From Alphaproteobacteria bacterium (GTDB taxonomy: Bacteria > Pseudomonadota > Alphaproteobacteria > RF32 > CAG-239): 64,000 nt of DNA. The notes under the pieces are model-generated. The model was given only the letters and a program-made list of their open reading frames with translations, did no database searches and was not told where the DNA came from. The translations under genes and the position numbers were made by a program. How positions within the stretch are numbered: the stretch's first letter is position 1; each line of letters starts with the position of its first letter. Positions 9,916 to 19,754 of the stretch are shown here, in pieces. The stretch lies in contig JAZUCK010000010.1 in NCBI GenBank assembly GCA_045639065.1, positions 3,794 through 67,793 on the forward strand, in the 5' to 3' direction.

Positions 9916-10605
9916 ATGGACGAAGAAGCAAGCTATTTAGGGCACAGGCAAAGGTTAAAAGAGCGCTTTTTACGAGGACAAGGCGCTGATATGGCAGATT
10001 ATGAAGCCATAGAATTATTGCTGACCTATGCGATACCAAGGAAAGATGTAAAACCATTGGCAAAAAGCTTAATAAAAAAATTCGGTTCGTTTGCCGGTGT
10101 AATATCAGCACCGATTGAAAGATTGTATGAAGTTGTAGGAATAAAAGAAAATTCGGCAACCTTAATCAAATTTGTTGAATTCGCTTCACAAAAATTGTCA
10201 TGGCAGAATTTGGCATTTGAAGATGCTCCTTACATTACTTCGACCGATAATTTAATCGAATTTTGCCGTTGCACAATGGGATATAGTGAAGTCGAAGTCT
10301 TGCGTTTAATCTATGTCGATGCCAAATTAAAAGTTATCGAAACCGAAGTGTTGCAAAAAGGTTCGGTTTCATCGGTTAATATTAACCCTCGAGACATTGT
10401 TGCAAATGCTTTGAAGAAAAATGCTTCCGGTGTTATTATGGTTCACAACCACCCAACCGGAGATCCAAGACCATCTAATAACGATATTGAAGCTACCAAA
10501 AGAGTTAAAATCGCTTGCGAAGCTGTCGGAGTTGCCTTACACGAACACCTTATCATTACTCCTTCTGATTTCTACTCTTTTGCTCATCATCATTTGATTG
10601 TCTAA
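9916..10605 (+). CDS. radC: RadC-family JAB/MPN domain protein, copy 1
   Basis: HNHPTGDPRPSNND (HxH-x7-S-xxD JAMM motif). ATG at 9916 preferred over the TTG at 9910. Confidence 0.9.
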   Translation: MDEEASYLGHRQRLKERFLRGQGADMADYEAIELLLTYAIPRKDVKPLAKSLIKKFGSFAGVISAPIERLYEVVGIKENSATLIKFVEFASQKLSWQNLAFEDAPYITSTDNLIEFCRCTMGYSEVEVLRLIYVDAKLKVIETEVLQKGSVSSVNINPRDIVANALKKNASGVIMVHNHPTGDPRPSNNDIEATKRVKIACEAVGVALHEHLIITPSDFYSFAHHHLIV

Positions 10606-10696
10606 GTTTTCCTAATTAAATAAATATTGAATCGAATGAAAAAATGTGATATAGTCCGAATATCTTAACTGTATTTATTAATTAAAAATTTTTTAC

Positions 10697-11167
10697 ATGA
10701 AATTATTTAGCTTTAAGAAGCCTGTATCATTTGGCGCAAACGACATTATGATTAATGATCTTTCCTACAATCACAAGTACAAAGCCGAAGGTAAATACCT
10801 TGTAGTTGAAGGCGAAGAGAGATCTTGTATGAAAAGGTCATATAAGGCATATTACGACAAGAAAGGCAATTTTTCGCATGTCGTAGTAAGAAGACAAGAA
10901 AAAAGTAAAGCAATGCTTTGCTGGAAACAAGAGTACCGAACAGAGTACGTAGAAAGAATTAACCGACAAGGTAATCGAATTCTCACAATCTCTGTTTATC
11001 TGACAACAGATACGGTAGAAGACAAACTTATCCGCAAATCGTTCTTGTCTGAGATTAACGAGCAAGGATTATGCGAAATAATGTTTGAACTAAATTCAGA
11101 GGGAAAATGGCATTCAAAAGGCCAGTTTTTACCCGAACACCGAAAATATTGGCTGACTAAAAATTAG
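10697..11167 (+). CDS. hypothetical protein (156 aa)
   Basis: ORF preceded by TTGAAT-17-TATAGT with an extended -10 TG. No motif recognised. Confidence 0.5.
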   Translation: MKLFSFKKPVSFGANDIMINDLSYNHKYKAEGKYLVVEGEERSCMKRSYKAYYDKKGNFSHVVVRRQEKSKAMLCWKQEYRTEYVERINRQGNRILTISVYLTTDTVEDKLIRKSFLSEINEQGLCEIMFELNSEGKWHSKGQFLPEHRKYWLTKN

Positions 11168-11180
11168 TCATTCGATATTT

Positions 11181-11239
11181 AAAATAAAAAAACCTATCCC
11201 ACGGATAGGTTTTTTTATTTTGGTTGCGGGGGCAGGATT
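11181..11239 (-). repeat. duplicate of tRNA-fMet 3' end (19 nt) plus flanks of its terminator
   Basis: aaaataaaaaaacc-hairpin-tttttttattt-tggttgcgggggcaggatt parallels 11368-11426. The hairpin stems differ but the flanks are identical. Confidence 0.75.
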
Positions 11240-11407
11240 GACTCTTCATTTATATTTGAGTTGCCTCTGCGGTTCTTCGGCTTATTAGCCTCATCGGCGC
11301 GCTTCCGCTCGCCTGAACCTTGTGGTGAACCTACTTTTTCGTAGGTTCAAATCTGACCGCACCTTTCAAAATAAAAAAACCACCCTGACGGGTGGAGTTT
11401 TTTATTT

Positions 11408-11484
<77 letters not shown>

Positions 11485-11535
11485 ATAAGATGAGGCATTA
11501 TTATACCCTAAACATTGTCTTGTCAAGCATATTTT

Positions 11536-11604
11536 TCAAAAAAATAGGCTTATGACTAAAGCAAATACAAAAACAAGCAATATTATCCAATGTCCTAACT
11601 TCAT
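11536..11604 (-). CDS. possible 22-aa hydrophobic peptide MKLGHWIILLVFVFALVISLFF
   Basis: Strong SD (gAAGGAGacaaacaaATG). Below the ORF-track length cutoff. Function unknown. Confidence 0.3.
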   Translation of the reverse strand: MKLGHWIILLVFVFALVISLFF

Positions 11605-11711
11605 TTGTTTGTCTCCTTCAGATATTCAAATTTTAGATATACAAAAAAAAATAAAAAACAAGGCATACCCTATTTTTTATTTTTCTTGGAGCTAATGAAT
11701 TAGTTATGTTT

Positions 11712-11915
11712 TTATAAAACTTTTATGTTACCGGCTGCAATTCGACCTCTGTCATCATATAACTCATATCCTACACGTTGACCGTCATTTAGTCTTTTAA
11801 GCCCAATTTTTTCTAACTGAGTTATGTGTAAAAACACATCCTTTCCGCTTACTTCGGGTTCAATAAATCCATAACCCTTTTTGGTATTAAACCATTTTAT
11901 CGTTCCAAACAACAT
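11712..11915 (-). CDS. cspA: cold-shock domain protein (CspA family)
   Basis: 67 aa, GTIKWFN..KGYGFI RNP-1 motif. Confidence 0.9.
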   Translation of the reverse strand: MLFGTIKWFNTKKGYGFIEPEVSGKDVFLHITQLEKIGLKRLNDGQRVGYELYDDRGRIAAGNIKVL

Positions 11916-12053
11916 TTGTTATAATTCCTTTCATAGATTAAAAGTCTTAAGTATCAGTTCATAGAAAAATATATAAAAAAATACTGTATATTGGAATACA
12001 GTATTTTTAGTCGCTCGAAGAGTGTGTTTTTCGGTGCATACAAAATTTAGTAA

Positions 12054-12821
12054 CTACAACAAGTTTATCGTTTCAAAAAATTCCTCACAGCTCTTATTTG
12101 CTAAGGCAACAACTGAAGATGTTTCAAAAAAATTATCCAAAGGCTTATTATCCATTGTTCTGACAATACCACCGGCTTCTTCAATTATTAAAACACCAGC
12201 AGAAAAATCCCATGGTCTGAGCTTAAGCTCCCAAAAGGCTCCATATCTTCCACAAGCCAAATCAGCAAGATCTAAAACCGCAGAACCTGTGCGTCGCACA
12301 TCTAAGCCCATTTTCAAGCTTTGTTCTGCCAAGTTCCAAGTTTGTTTTTGTAAATCAGAATCATATGGTGAAGTTCCAAAAACTATAAGCGAATTTCTTA
12401 AATTTTCGGAAGACGCATAAATCTGTTTACCGTTGCAAAATGCTCCTTTATTCTTTTCGGCATAGAATAATTCATCTAAATACGGATTATAAATGACACC
12501 TAATATCGGTTTGCCTTTACTAAGAAGAGCAACAGATATGGCGCTATGTTTTAAATTTTTTACAAAGTTTGTCGTGCCGTCAATCGGGTCGCAAACAAAA
12601 CAGTAACCTTCTTTATTAAAAGATTGTATGCCCTCTTCACCCAGAAAGCTTGCATCAGGCAAAATATCAAGCAACCGCTTGTGCAAAATTTCTTGTATTT
12701 GAGTATCGCAATCAGTAACTATATTTCTGTAGTTATTATCCTTTGTGTTTATAATTTTTGCATTTGCATTAAGCAATATTTTGCCACAATATTTGACAAC
12801 ATCAATAATTCTATTTAGCAT
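12054..12821 (-). CDS. suhB: inositol monophosphatase family protein (SuhB-like)
   Basis: CDPIDGTTNF and WDFSAG motifs. Confidence 0.85.
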   Translation of the reverse strand: MLNRIIDVVKYCGKILLNANAKIINTKDNNYRNIVTDCDTQIQEILHKRLLDILPDASFLGEEGIQSFNKEGYCFVCDPIDGTTNFVKNLKHSAISVALLSKGKPILGVIYNPYLDELFYAEKNKGAFCNGKQIYASSENLRNSLIVFGTSPYDSDLQKQTWNLAEQSLKMGLDVRRTGSAVLDLADLACGRYGAFWELKLRPWDFSAGVLIIEEAGGIVRTMDNKPLDNFFETSSVVALANKSCEEFFETINLL

Positions 12822-14661
12822 TCTTGCCTTCTTTTGTTATCAACTTATCAAGTTTTTCAAGTTCATCAATATATTTTGATATCAAGCTTAAGCCTATATT
12901 CCAAAACTGTGCATCTTTTGGATTAAGTCCGAACGGCTTTAATATTTCATCATATTTTTTGACACCGGTCAAAGACAACATATTTAAATATTTGTCTTCA
13001 AAATCTTTGACTTTGCCGTCTTGATAAACCTGATATAATGAATTAACCAAACAATCGGCAAAAGAATAAGCGTAAACATAAAACGGTTTCCAAAAGAAAT
13101 GTCCGACCACAGCCCAATTATCTTCGGTAACCTCATCAATATTTACATATTTACCTAATGATGCACTCATCTCTTCACGCCAAATTTCAGCTAAGCGAGC
13201 TTGTGACACTTCGCCTTTGCGACGTTCATCATGAACTCTGGTTTCAAAGAAGTGAAAGGCAATTTGTCTTACGGCGGTGTTAATCATGTCATTAACTTTG
13301 CCGGCAATAAGGCAAAGTTTTTCTTTGTTTGACGTTGCTTGTTTTAACAAAGACTGAAAAGTCAACATTTCGCCAAAAACCGAAGCGACCTCAGCCAACG
13401 TCAAAGGTGTGGCATCATTCAAATCACCTTGTTTTGAGCTTAAGCGCATATGACAACCATGTCCCAATTCATGAGCCAAGGTTAAGACATCATTTTGCTT
13501 ACCGACAAAATTTAAGAACAAGTATGGGTGATACTTATCCGGCAAGGGCATAGCAAAGGCACCGCTTCTTTTTCCGTCACGTGGCGGAACATCTATCCAA
13601 GAGTGCTCTTTGTTAAAGAAATCTTTTGCCAAATCATAAAGTTTTGGTGAAAATTCCTTATAAGCTTTTAGGACCGTATCAACAGCCTCGTCCCATGAGT
13701 ATTTTTTGTCGCTCTCAAACGGAAGCGGGGCATTTCTATCCCAATATTCAAGTTTTTTGACACCGAGCCATTTAGCTTTTAGTTTATAAAAACGATGAGC
13801 AATGTTAGCATAATTTTCTCTGACTGTTTCGGCCAATGCTACAACTGCCTTGTCATCAACACGATTAGCCAAGTTTTGTGAAGCAACCGGAGATTTAAAA
13901 CCCCTTTTAATATCTTCAATAGCCTTGTCTTTTACTACCATATTATAAATTAAAGTAAATAAAGGTGCATTTTCTTTAAACACTTGAGCAATTTCTTTTC
14001 CGGCTTTTGCACGAACTTTAGCGTCTTTATCTAAGGTCAACTTTGAAATTTCGCTATCATTATATTCCTTACCGTCAACCACGAATTTTAATCTGGCTGA
14101 GGTTTCTTCATACAATCTTTGCCAACCATCACCTGATGTTACTGATTTTTCGTGCAAAATTTCCTCAACCGATTCAGATAGCTCATATTTTTTGAACAAT
14201 CTGATACGATTTAACCAAGGCGCATAGTATGATGCTTTTTTGTCTTTTAGCCACTCATCAATTTTTGATTGAGGAAGTTTGTTTAACTCTAAAGACAAAA
14301 AAATCAACGGCAAACCATAGTCATTAAGCTTTTCTGATGTATTTTGGTAAAAAGCCATAGCTTCGGCGTTTTTCATTTGAGTAACCATATTCAAATAAGC
14401 AAAAACACCTATTTTATTTCCTAAAACCGAGCGTTCTTCGCAATCTTTTGCCATTTCAAAAAATTGCTTTGCGCTTAAACTTTCCAATTTTCCCTTATAT
14501 TTTTTGGCAAAATTTATTGCTGATTTTCTATAGTTTTGCATATCGATTTCAATTTGTTTGTCGTCGATGCCATTATATAAATCAGATAAATCCCAAGCTA
14601 AAAGCTCATTCTTTTTGCAACATTTCTTCGCTGTATTCTTGGTTGTTTTCTTCATTTTCAA
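12811..14661 (-). CDS. pepF: oligoendopeptidase F (peptidase M3B)
   Basis: 616 aa, HELGHG zinc motif, WDLSDLY N-terminus. The start overlaps the upstream ORF by about 50 nt. Confidence 0.9.
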   Translation of the reverse strand: MKMKKTTKNTAKKCCKKNELLAWDLSDLYNGIDDKQIEIDMQNYRKSAINFAKKYKGKLESLSAKQFFEMAKDCEERSVLGNKIGVFAYLNMVTQMKNAEAMAFYQNTSEKLNDYGLPLIFLSLELNKLPQSKIDEWLKDKKASYYAPWLNRIRLFKKYELSESVEEILHEKSVTSGDGWQRLYEETSARLKFVVDGKEYNDSEISKLTLDKDAKVRAKAGKEIAQVFKENAPLFTLIYNMVVKDKAIEDIKRGFKSPVASQNLANRVDDKAVVALAETVRENYANIAHRFYKLKAKWLGVKKLEYWDRNAPLPFESDKKYSWDEAVDTVLKAYKEFSPKLYDLAKDFFNKEHSWIDVPPRDGKRSGAFAMPLPDKYHPYLFLNFVGKQNDVLTLAHELGHGCHMRLSSKQGDLNDATPLTLAEVASVFGEMLTFQSLLKQATSNKEKLCLIAGKVNDMINTAVRQIAFHFFETRVHDERRKGEVSQARLAEIWREEMSASLGKYVNIDEVTEDNWAVVGHFFWKPFYVYAYSFADCLVNSLYQVYQDGKVKDFEDKYLNMLSLTGVKKYDEILKPFGLNPKDAQFWNIGLSLISKYIDELEKLDKLITKEGKNAK

Positions 14662-15070
14662 GATCCTTTCTAAGCTTGTTTAAGCGCATCATATCTCTTT
14701 TTACATCAGGATATTTTTTTAAATATTCGGTTCGAGCTTCTTCATCAAAAAATGAATTATCCACAATTATCGGTTCATATATATAATTGCTCCACGGATA
14801 TTTTTGTTTGTTATCAATCCACAAATCAACACCCTCGGCAATAACTTTTACATTACACCATGTGTTATTCATTATGGCTTTTACCGTACAGTAAAAACCT
14901 TTGTTGCAATCACTCAAATTGTCTATCATTTCATGGGTGCATTTTACAAAACCGCGTTTATCAGCATCATCTTTTGGCGACATTACCAATAAAATAAACA
15001 GCAACATAAAAAAGCAAACTATAAAAGCAATCAGTCCGCCGAACCAATAACGTTTGATAAAACTCATCAA
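14606..15070 (-). CDS. membrane-anchored Cys-containing hypothetical protein (154 aa)
   Basis: N-terminal TM helix, then a domain with 5 Cys and an acidic C-terminus. Confidence 0.5.
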   Translation of the reverse strand: MMSFIKRYWFGGLIAFIVCFFMLLFILLVMSPKDDADKRGFVKCTHEMIDNLSDCNKGFYCTVKAIMNNTWCNVKVIAEGVDLWIDNKQKYPWSNYIYEPIIVDNSFFDEEARTEYLKKYPDVKRDMMRLNKLRKDLENEENNQEYSEEMLQKE

Positions 15071-15077
15071 TCAACCT

Positions 15078-15812
15078 TTATTTTTTAGACTTTCTTTTCT
15101 TTATCAACTCTTCCAACAATGCAAGCTCTTCCAATGTATTAGCGGCTGATGCTTCATCAACAGGACATTCAACGGCAGAACATTTTAGTCCTAAACGAAG
15201 AGCTATTTCAACAGCATCTGTAAGATAATATTCTTGAGCAGCATTTTCATTACTGATTGCAGATAAAATTGAAAATAATTTTTCGCCATCAAAGCACATA
15301 ATTCCGGAATTACAGAAATTTATTTTCTTTTCTTCATCAGATGCATCCTTAAACTCAACAATACGTTTTAGATCTTCACCGTCCATAATCAAACGGCCGT
15401 AACGAGCCGGATCTTCAGGCCTAAAACCCATGCATACGACAGAAAAACCTTCAGCACGTTTTTTCAATAATTTTTTCATACTTTCCTTGGTATATAATGG
15501 TTGATCACCGAAAATCACCAAAATATCGCCTGTAAATCCTCTAAACTCATCACGAGCTGATAATACGGCATGACCGGTTCCGAGTTGCTTTTCTTGTATG
15601 CATGTCGGATACGGAGAAACTTCTCTTTTTACGGCATCACCATCGGGAGCAATAACCGTTACAATTTTTTTTACCTTCAGCTCTTCCAAAGTGTCTATAA
15701 TGTGACGTATCATCGGCTTGTTATCGACAGGCATCAAAACCTTCGGCAAGTCCGATTTCATACGAGTTCCCTTACCTGCTCCCAAAATAATTGCGCCAAT
15801 TTCTTTACTCAT
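15078..15812 (-). CDS. GlmU-like UDP-GlcNAc pyrophosphorylase domain only (no LbH acetyltransferase domain)
   Basis: ILGAGKGTRMKSDLPKVL, QLGTGHAV, EYYLTD motifs of the GlmU N-terminal half. The ORF ends at 244 aa. Confidence 0.8.
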   Translation of the reverse strand: MSKEIGAIILGAGKGTRMKSDLPKVLMPVDNKPMIRHIIDTLEELKVKKIVTVIAPDGDAVKREVSPYPTCIQEKQLGTGHAVLSARDEFRGFTGDILVIFGDQPLYTKESMKKLLKKRAEGFSVVCMGFRPEDPARYGRLIMDGEDLKRIVEFKDASDEEKKINFCNSGIMCFDGEKLFSILSAISNENAAQEYYLTDAVEIALRLGLKCSAVECPVDEASAANTLEELALLEELIKKRKSKK

Positions 15813-15898
15813 TTCACAAGTTCTCCTTTATAACTTTTTTAATAACTTTATTATACAATAATATATATGATTATAAATTTAACAGCGAGTGTCAAGTT

Positions 15899-17965
15899 AT
15901 GAAAAAACTTTTTTTTACAATATGTTTCAATATTTGCTTATTTGGAATTGCTAATGCCAAAATTACGCCTATTAGCGGATATACAAACATAACTCAACAG
16001 GTTGTGGGTAATAAAGATGAAGCTGTAAAAGAAGTTGACACCAAAGAATTTGCCGAATTTTTGGATATAAGGTTTAAAAATGCAAAAAAGGCAAACAAAA
16101 AAGAAATAAATAAGACATCATCAAATGCGCAACAAGAAATACAGCAGATTCAAAAAGAGGATGGCGGCAAAAATTTCTTTCAAAATATTTATGAAAATGC
16201 ACTGAAACGAATTCGTAAAAAATCAGATGAATCTCGAGATGATGTTGCTTTTGAAGATGATTTAAAAGCAATGTTAGATGCTGAAGGTTCAAATCAAATT
16301 GAAGAACAGACCAAACAATGGCGAAATTCTATAGTACCGATGATTACAGCTCTTTTACCGCCATATGATACGCCAACTGAAGTTCCGGCCATTGAGCACA
16401 TTCCTTATTTGATGAACGATATAGAAATTTTACCTAGCGGTATGGTTATGTTTGAGGAAACCGTAGTTGTTGTTGCAAATGGTCAAAAATTAAAATCAGG
16501 CCTAACTAAAATTCTTCCTTCTCAAAGAATGGACAAGAACGGAAAGACGCAAAACATTGATTATACAATCATAAGTGTTTCCATAAATGATGAACCTATA
16601 AATTACAGATTAGCAAAAGCAAATGATAATGTTTTGCTTGTGCCTGATAAATCTTATAGACTTCCTGCAGGCATTTATACTTATAAATTTCAATATTTAG
16701 CAGATAACTTGCTTATAAACAACGGCGACAACTATATGTTCTATTGGGATGCCGGCGGAAATGGTTGGAACTTGATTATTGACAGAAGTTTTGCCAAAGT
16801 ACGTACTCCTGACAAACAGGCTGTCATTCAGCAAGATGCCATTATCGGCTCAGCAAAAGCTTTTTATTCTGATAGCGTGACTATTGATGATGACGCAGTC
16901 TCACATAACTTTGAATCTCAAATACCTTTATTTATCGGAACAGGAATGCATATATTAACAAAAATCGATAAAGTTGCGTTCAATTCTATAACATTAGGTC
17001 AAAGGTTTATACGCTCATTTTATAATTATGGCGATGTATACATATCATTTATAGGATTGTTAGTCATTGCATTATCCTTTGCGATATCATGGCAATATAT
17101 CATCAACGGAAAGAGCAAAATAAAGACCTCTTTGAGTAAAACATCTTTGATGATAAGATATATGTTATATGAAAAATTTGATAAAAAATCTATTTGCGGA
17201 TTTTTACTGGATCTGTACAAAAAAAATATAATAGACATACAACAGTCCGGTGAGACTATTCTTTTAGTAAAATGTACCGACAACCTGAAATCACTACTAC
17301 CTTATGAAAGAAAAGCATTAAGGGCTATTTTCCCATCGCATGAAACTACTTTTTCGATAACCAAAACAAACAAACTTCCACTAAAACGTTTTGTAAAAAT
17401 ATTGGAGAAAGGTCTGAAAAAAGACGTACTTAAATTTAGCCTAAAATTAAACCTGAGCTATTTGTTCTTTAGTGTTGCAATGATGTTTGTTGTATGGTTC
17501 GGAATGGCATTCTTTAAGATAGATACAACATTTGTCCTCAGCATATTGACATTAACATCTTTGCTTTCTTTTGTCGGAGCTTGGTTGTGGTATGTCGGAA
17601 CTAAAAAATGGGTGAAAATCGTAGCTAGATATGTTTCCATAAACTTATTAACACTTAGTTTATTGATTTATTCTGCTGTTATTCATCCGCTTAGTGCGTT
17701 ACTTGTAATTTGGAGTATCTTCCTAACGGTTTATTCAATCAGAATGTTTTCAAAACGAAACGGATTGATTAGTTCATATGTTCAAGATATTATAAAGCAA
17801 AAAGAATATCTGCTAAATAATAAGAACACTGTGGTATTGAGTAAAGATTTTGCAAATAATCAAGCTTTGATTTTTGTTTGTGATTTGGAAAACGAGATAA
17901 AACCTGTTAACGAAGATGTTTGTTATAAGATACCGACAATAAAAAATATCATGGAACGTCTCTGA
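15899..17965 (+). CDS. DUF2207-like membrane protein (signal peptide, beta-rich ectodomain, C-terminal TM bundle)
   Basis: ATG at 15899 gives MKKLFFTICFNICLFGIANA. The segment YTYKFQY...FYWDAGGNGWNLIIDR...VRTP, and the TM followed by a helical juxtamembrane segment, resemble DUF2207 as I recall it. Confidence 0.55.
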   Translation: MKKLFFTICFNICLFGIANAKITPISGYTNITQQVVGNKDEAVKEVDTKEFAEFLDIRFKNAKKANKKEINKTSSNAQQEIQQIQKEDGGKNFFQNIYENALKRIRKKSDESRDDVAFEDDLKAMLDAEGSNQIEEQTKQWRNSIVPMITALLPPYDTPTEVPAIEHIPYLMNDIEILPSGMVMFEETVVVVANGQKLKSGLTKILPSQRMDKNGKTQNIDYTIISVSINDEPINYRLAKANDNVLLVPDKSYRLPAGIYTYKFQYLADNLLINNGDNYMFYWDAGGNGWNLIIDRSFAKVRTPDKQAVIQQDAIIGSAKAFYSDSVTIDDDAVSHNFESQIPLFIGTGMHILTKIDKVAFNSITLGQRFIRSFYNYGDVYISFIGLLVIALSFAISWQYIINGKSKIKTSLSKTSLMIRYMLYEKFDKKSICGFLLDLYKKNIIDIQQSGETILLVKCTDNLKSLLPYERKALRAIFPSHETTFSITKTNKLPLKRFVKILEKGLKKDVLKFSLKLNLSYLFFSVAMMFVVWFGMAFFKIDTTFVLSILTLTSLLSFVGAWLWYVGTKKWVKIVARYVSINLLTLSLLIYSAVIHPLSALLVIWSIFLTVYSIRMFSKRNGLISSYVQDIIKQKEYLLNNKNTVVLSKDFANNQALIFVCDLENEIKPVNEDVCYKIPTIKNIMERL

Positions 17966-17969
17966 TAGC

Positions 17970-18776
17970 TTATTTTACTACGTCTTCTAGGTTTTCATGA
18001 ACTTTCTTGGCCGTTTGGATAGCGGAATAGGCCTTTTCGGGCTTTCCGGCATAGCTTACTTCATAAGACATAACCTTAAAACCGAATGGGTTTTGCACAT
18101 AGTTGATTTTATCAATTTCACTTTTTTCAAGATCTTCGTAATTTTGAAAAGCCGAATACATTATTCTTAAGTAAGCCTTCCAAATAATAACATCAGGTTT
18201 TTCCATATTTTTGGCGGTTGTATAAGTTTTAAATCGTACAATCCAAAAGTCTCTGCCAACTTTCTTCACTTCGTCAATTTCAACCGTTCTTCTTACCTTT
18301 AGTTTTATAAAGCTTCTTATTTGAGCTTTATTTATTTTACCTATAAATTCATAATAGGTAGCACCGCCGGAATACCAATAAAACTTTGATTTATCGTCCC
18401 AACGATAGTATAAATCAGCAGTCGACGTAGGAATCTCATGCCTCATTTTAATGTAATCCGAAATATATTTTTCACTAAGCAGATCTTTGTATGATACAGT
18501 TATATTTAAGGGTTCTGTTCTATCTAAAGTGTAATCTATTTCATTAGCTCTGTATAATAGCGGACCGGATGTTTTTTGGTCGGGTAACATATAAATTACA
18601 AAAGTAAGAGCAATATTAACACAGATACTAAATACGGCACAAATGACCAAAATCCTTGAAGTCCACAAATATCTTCTTTCAGGAAATGCCGATACATGAA
18701 ATTTTTCCGGATAAAGACCTAGTTTATCAGGGCTTTTTTTGTCTTTATATCTGAATATAAGCGAAAAAAGACTCAT
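17970..18776 (-). CDS. VirB8-like bitopic inner-membrane protein, paralog A (268 aa)
   Basis: Short cytoplasmic N-terminus, one TM, about 200-aa periplasmic domain ending in NPFGFKVMSYEVSY (the NPxG motif of VirB8/TrbF). Confidence 0.65.
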   Translation of the reverse strand: MSLFSLIFRYKDKKSPDKLGLYPEKFHVSAFPERRYLWTSRILVICAVFSICVNIALTFVIYMLPDQKTSGPLLYRANEIDYTLDRTEPLNITVSYKDLLSEKYISDYIKMRHEIPTSTADLYYRWDDKSKFYWYSGGATYYEFIGKINKAQIRSFIKLKVRRTVEIDEVKKVGRDFWIVRFKTYTTAKNMEKPDVIIWKAYLRIMYSAFQNYEDLEKSEIDKINYVQNPFGFKVMSYEVSYAGKPEKAYSAIQTAKKVHENLEDVVK

Positions 18777-18803
18777 AAAATACTATCCTTTAAACGATAA
18801 CCT

Positions 18804-19583
18804 TTAGTACTCGTACATTTCTTGTCGCACTTCCTTAGCAGTATTTAAATAACTTTTTGGATCACCAGGAGTTCCGACATAAGCCAGTGCATAGTTTCTT
18901 ACAAGAAAACCGAATGGATTTTGCTCTCTTAATGACTTATTTTCATAGGGTATGGGAGCAAGAGCTGCTCTGATATATGCTCGCCAGATATTAATTATCG
19001 GAACTCTCTCCCCGGGATAATAATCCATGGTAATAAATTGTGCCTGCCAAAAACCTCGTGATGTCGGTCTTATCCACTCGACTTCGACAAGCCTTACCAA
19101 ACCTGTTGATTGAAAGTCTCGCACATTATTAACAATATCATTAGATGCAAATGCAGAATATACATCTCTTGATGACATCCAATAAAATTTTGAACCCGTA
19201 CCCCAACGATACATCAATTCATCGTAGTCAGATGAAATAACATGACGCAAATAAATATACTCTTCAATAAAGGACTCTGTTAGCAAGTCGAGTGCCGCTA
19301 TAGGTTTTTCTTGTCTTTCAACAACAGAAAGCTGACTAAAAATTTTATCATGATAAAATACCAGAGGATACGAGCTTCGTTGCGGTATCATCAAATATAT
19401 GCCGGATACCAACATAAGATTTAAGCAAATACTGAGACATGAAAAAATAACAAGCAAGCGAGTTGACCACAAATATCTCCTCTCCGGAAAAGCCATAGTA
19501 TGAATTGCTTCAGGATACTTTCCAAGCTTGTCCGGGCTTTTATTTTCTTTATATTTAAAAACAGTATTAAACAGACCAAGCAT
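18804..19583 (-). CDS. VirB8-like bitopic inner-membrane protein, paralog B (259 aa)
   Basis: Same architecture, NPFGFLVRNYALAY. ATG at 19583 preferred (AAGAGG 5 nt upstream) over the GTG at 19589. Confidence 0.65.
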   Translation of the reverse strand: MLGLFNTVFKYKENKSPDKLGKYPEAIHTMAFPERRYLWSTRLLVIFSCLSICLNLMLVSGIYLMIPQRSSYPLVFYHDKIFSQLSVVERQEKPIAALDLLTESFIEEYIYLRHVISSDYDELMYRWGTGSKFYWMSSRDVYSAFASNDIVNNVRDFQSTGLVRLVEVEWIRPTSRGFWQAQFITMDYYPGERVPIINIWRAYIRAALAPIPYENKSLREQNPFGFLVRNYALAYVGTPGDPKSYLNTAKEVRQEMYEY

Positions 19584-19754
19584 AAACACCTCTTATATAA
19601 AAATAAGATATTTCGATATTATCATAACACACTAATAATATCTTTTTTGTTAATTTTATACAACATTGTTGAATAAAAGCAAATAAAACTGTTAATATTT
19701 AAAATATTGATATAATCTATCATTGAAAGAACGTTCTATTTTAAGGTAGTGATA

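Noticed and set aside
11242-11367. Possible two-piece tmRNA or SRP RNA in the GC-rich stretch next to tRNA-fMet. The minus strand contains caggcgagcGGAAgcgcgcc and ends in a tRNA-like ...ccccgcaACCA.
   Set aside because: No frame encodes a plausible tag peptide ending in hydrophobic or Ala residues. The acceptor sequence lacks the G3:U70 alanine identity. The conserved SRP domain IV sequence (GGUCAGGUCCGGAAGGAAGCAGCC-like) is absent. It is kept only as an unexplained structured region in the findings.
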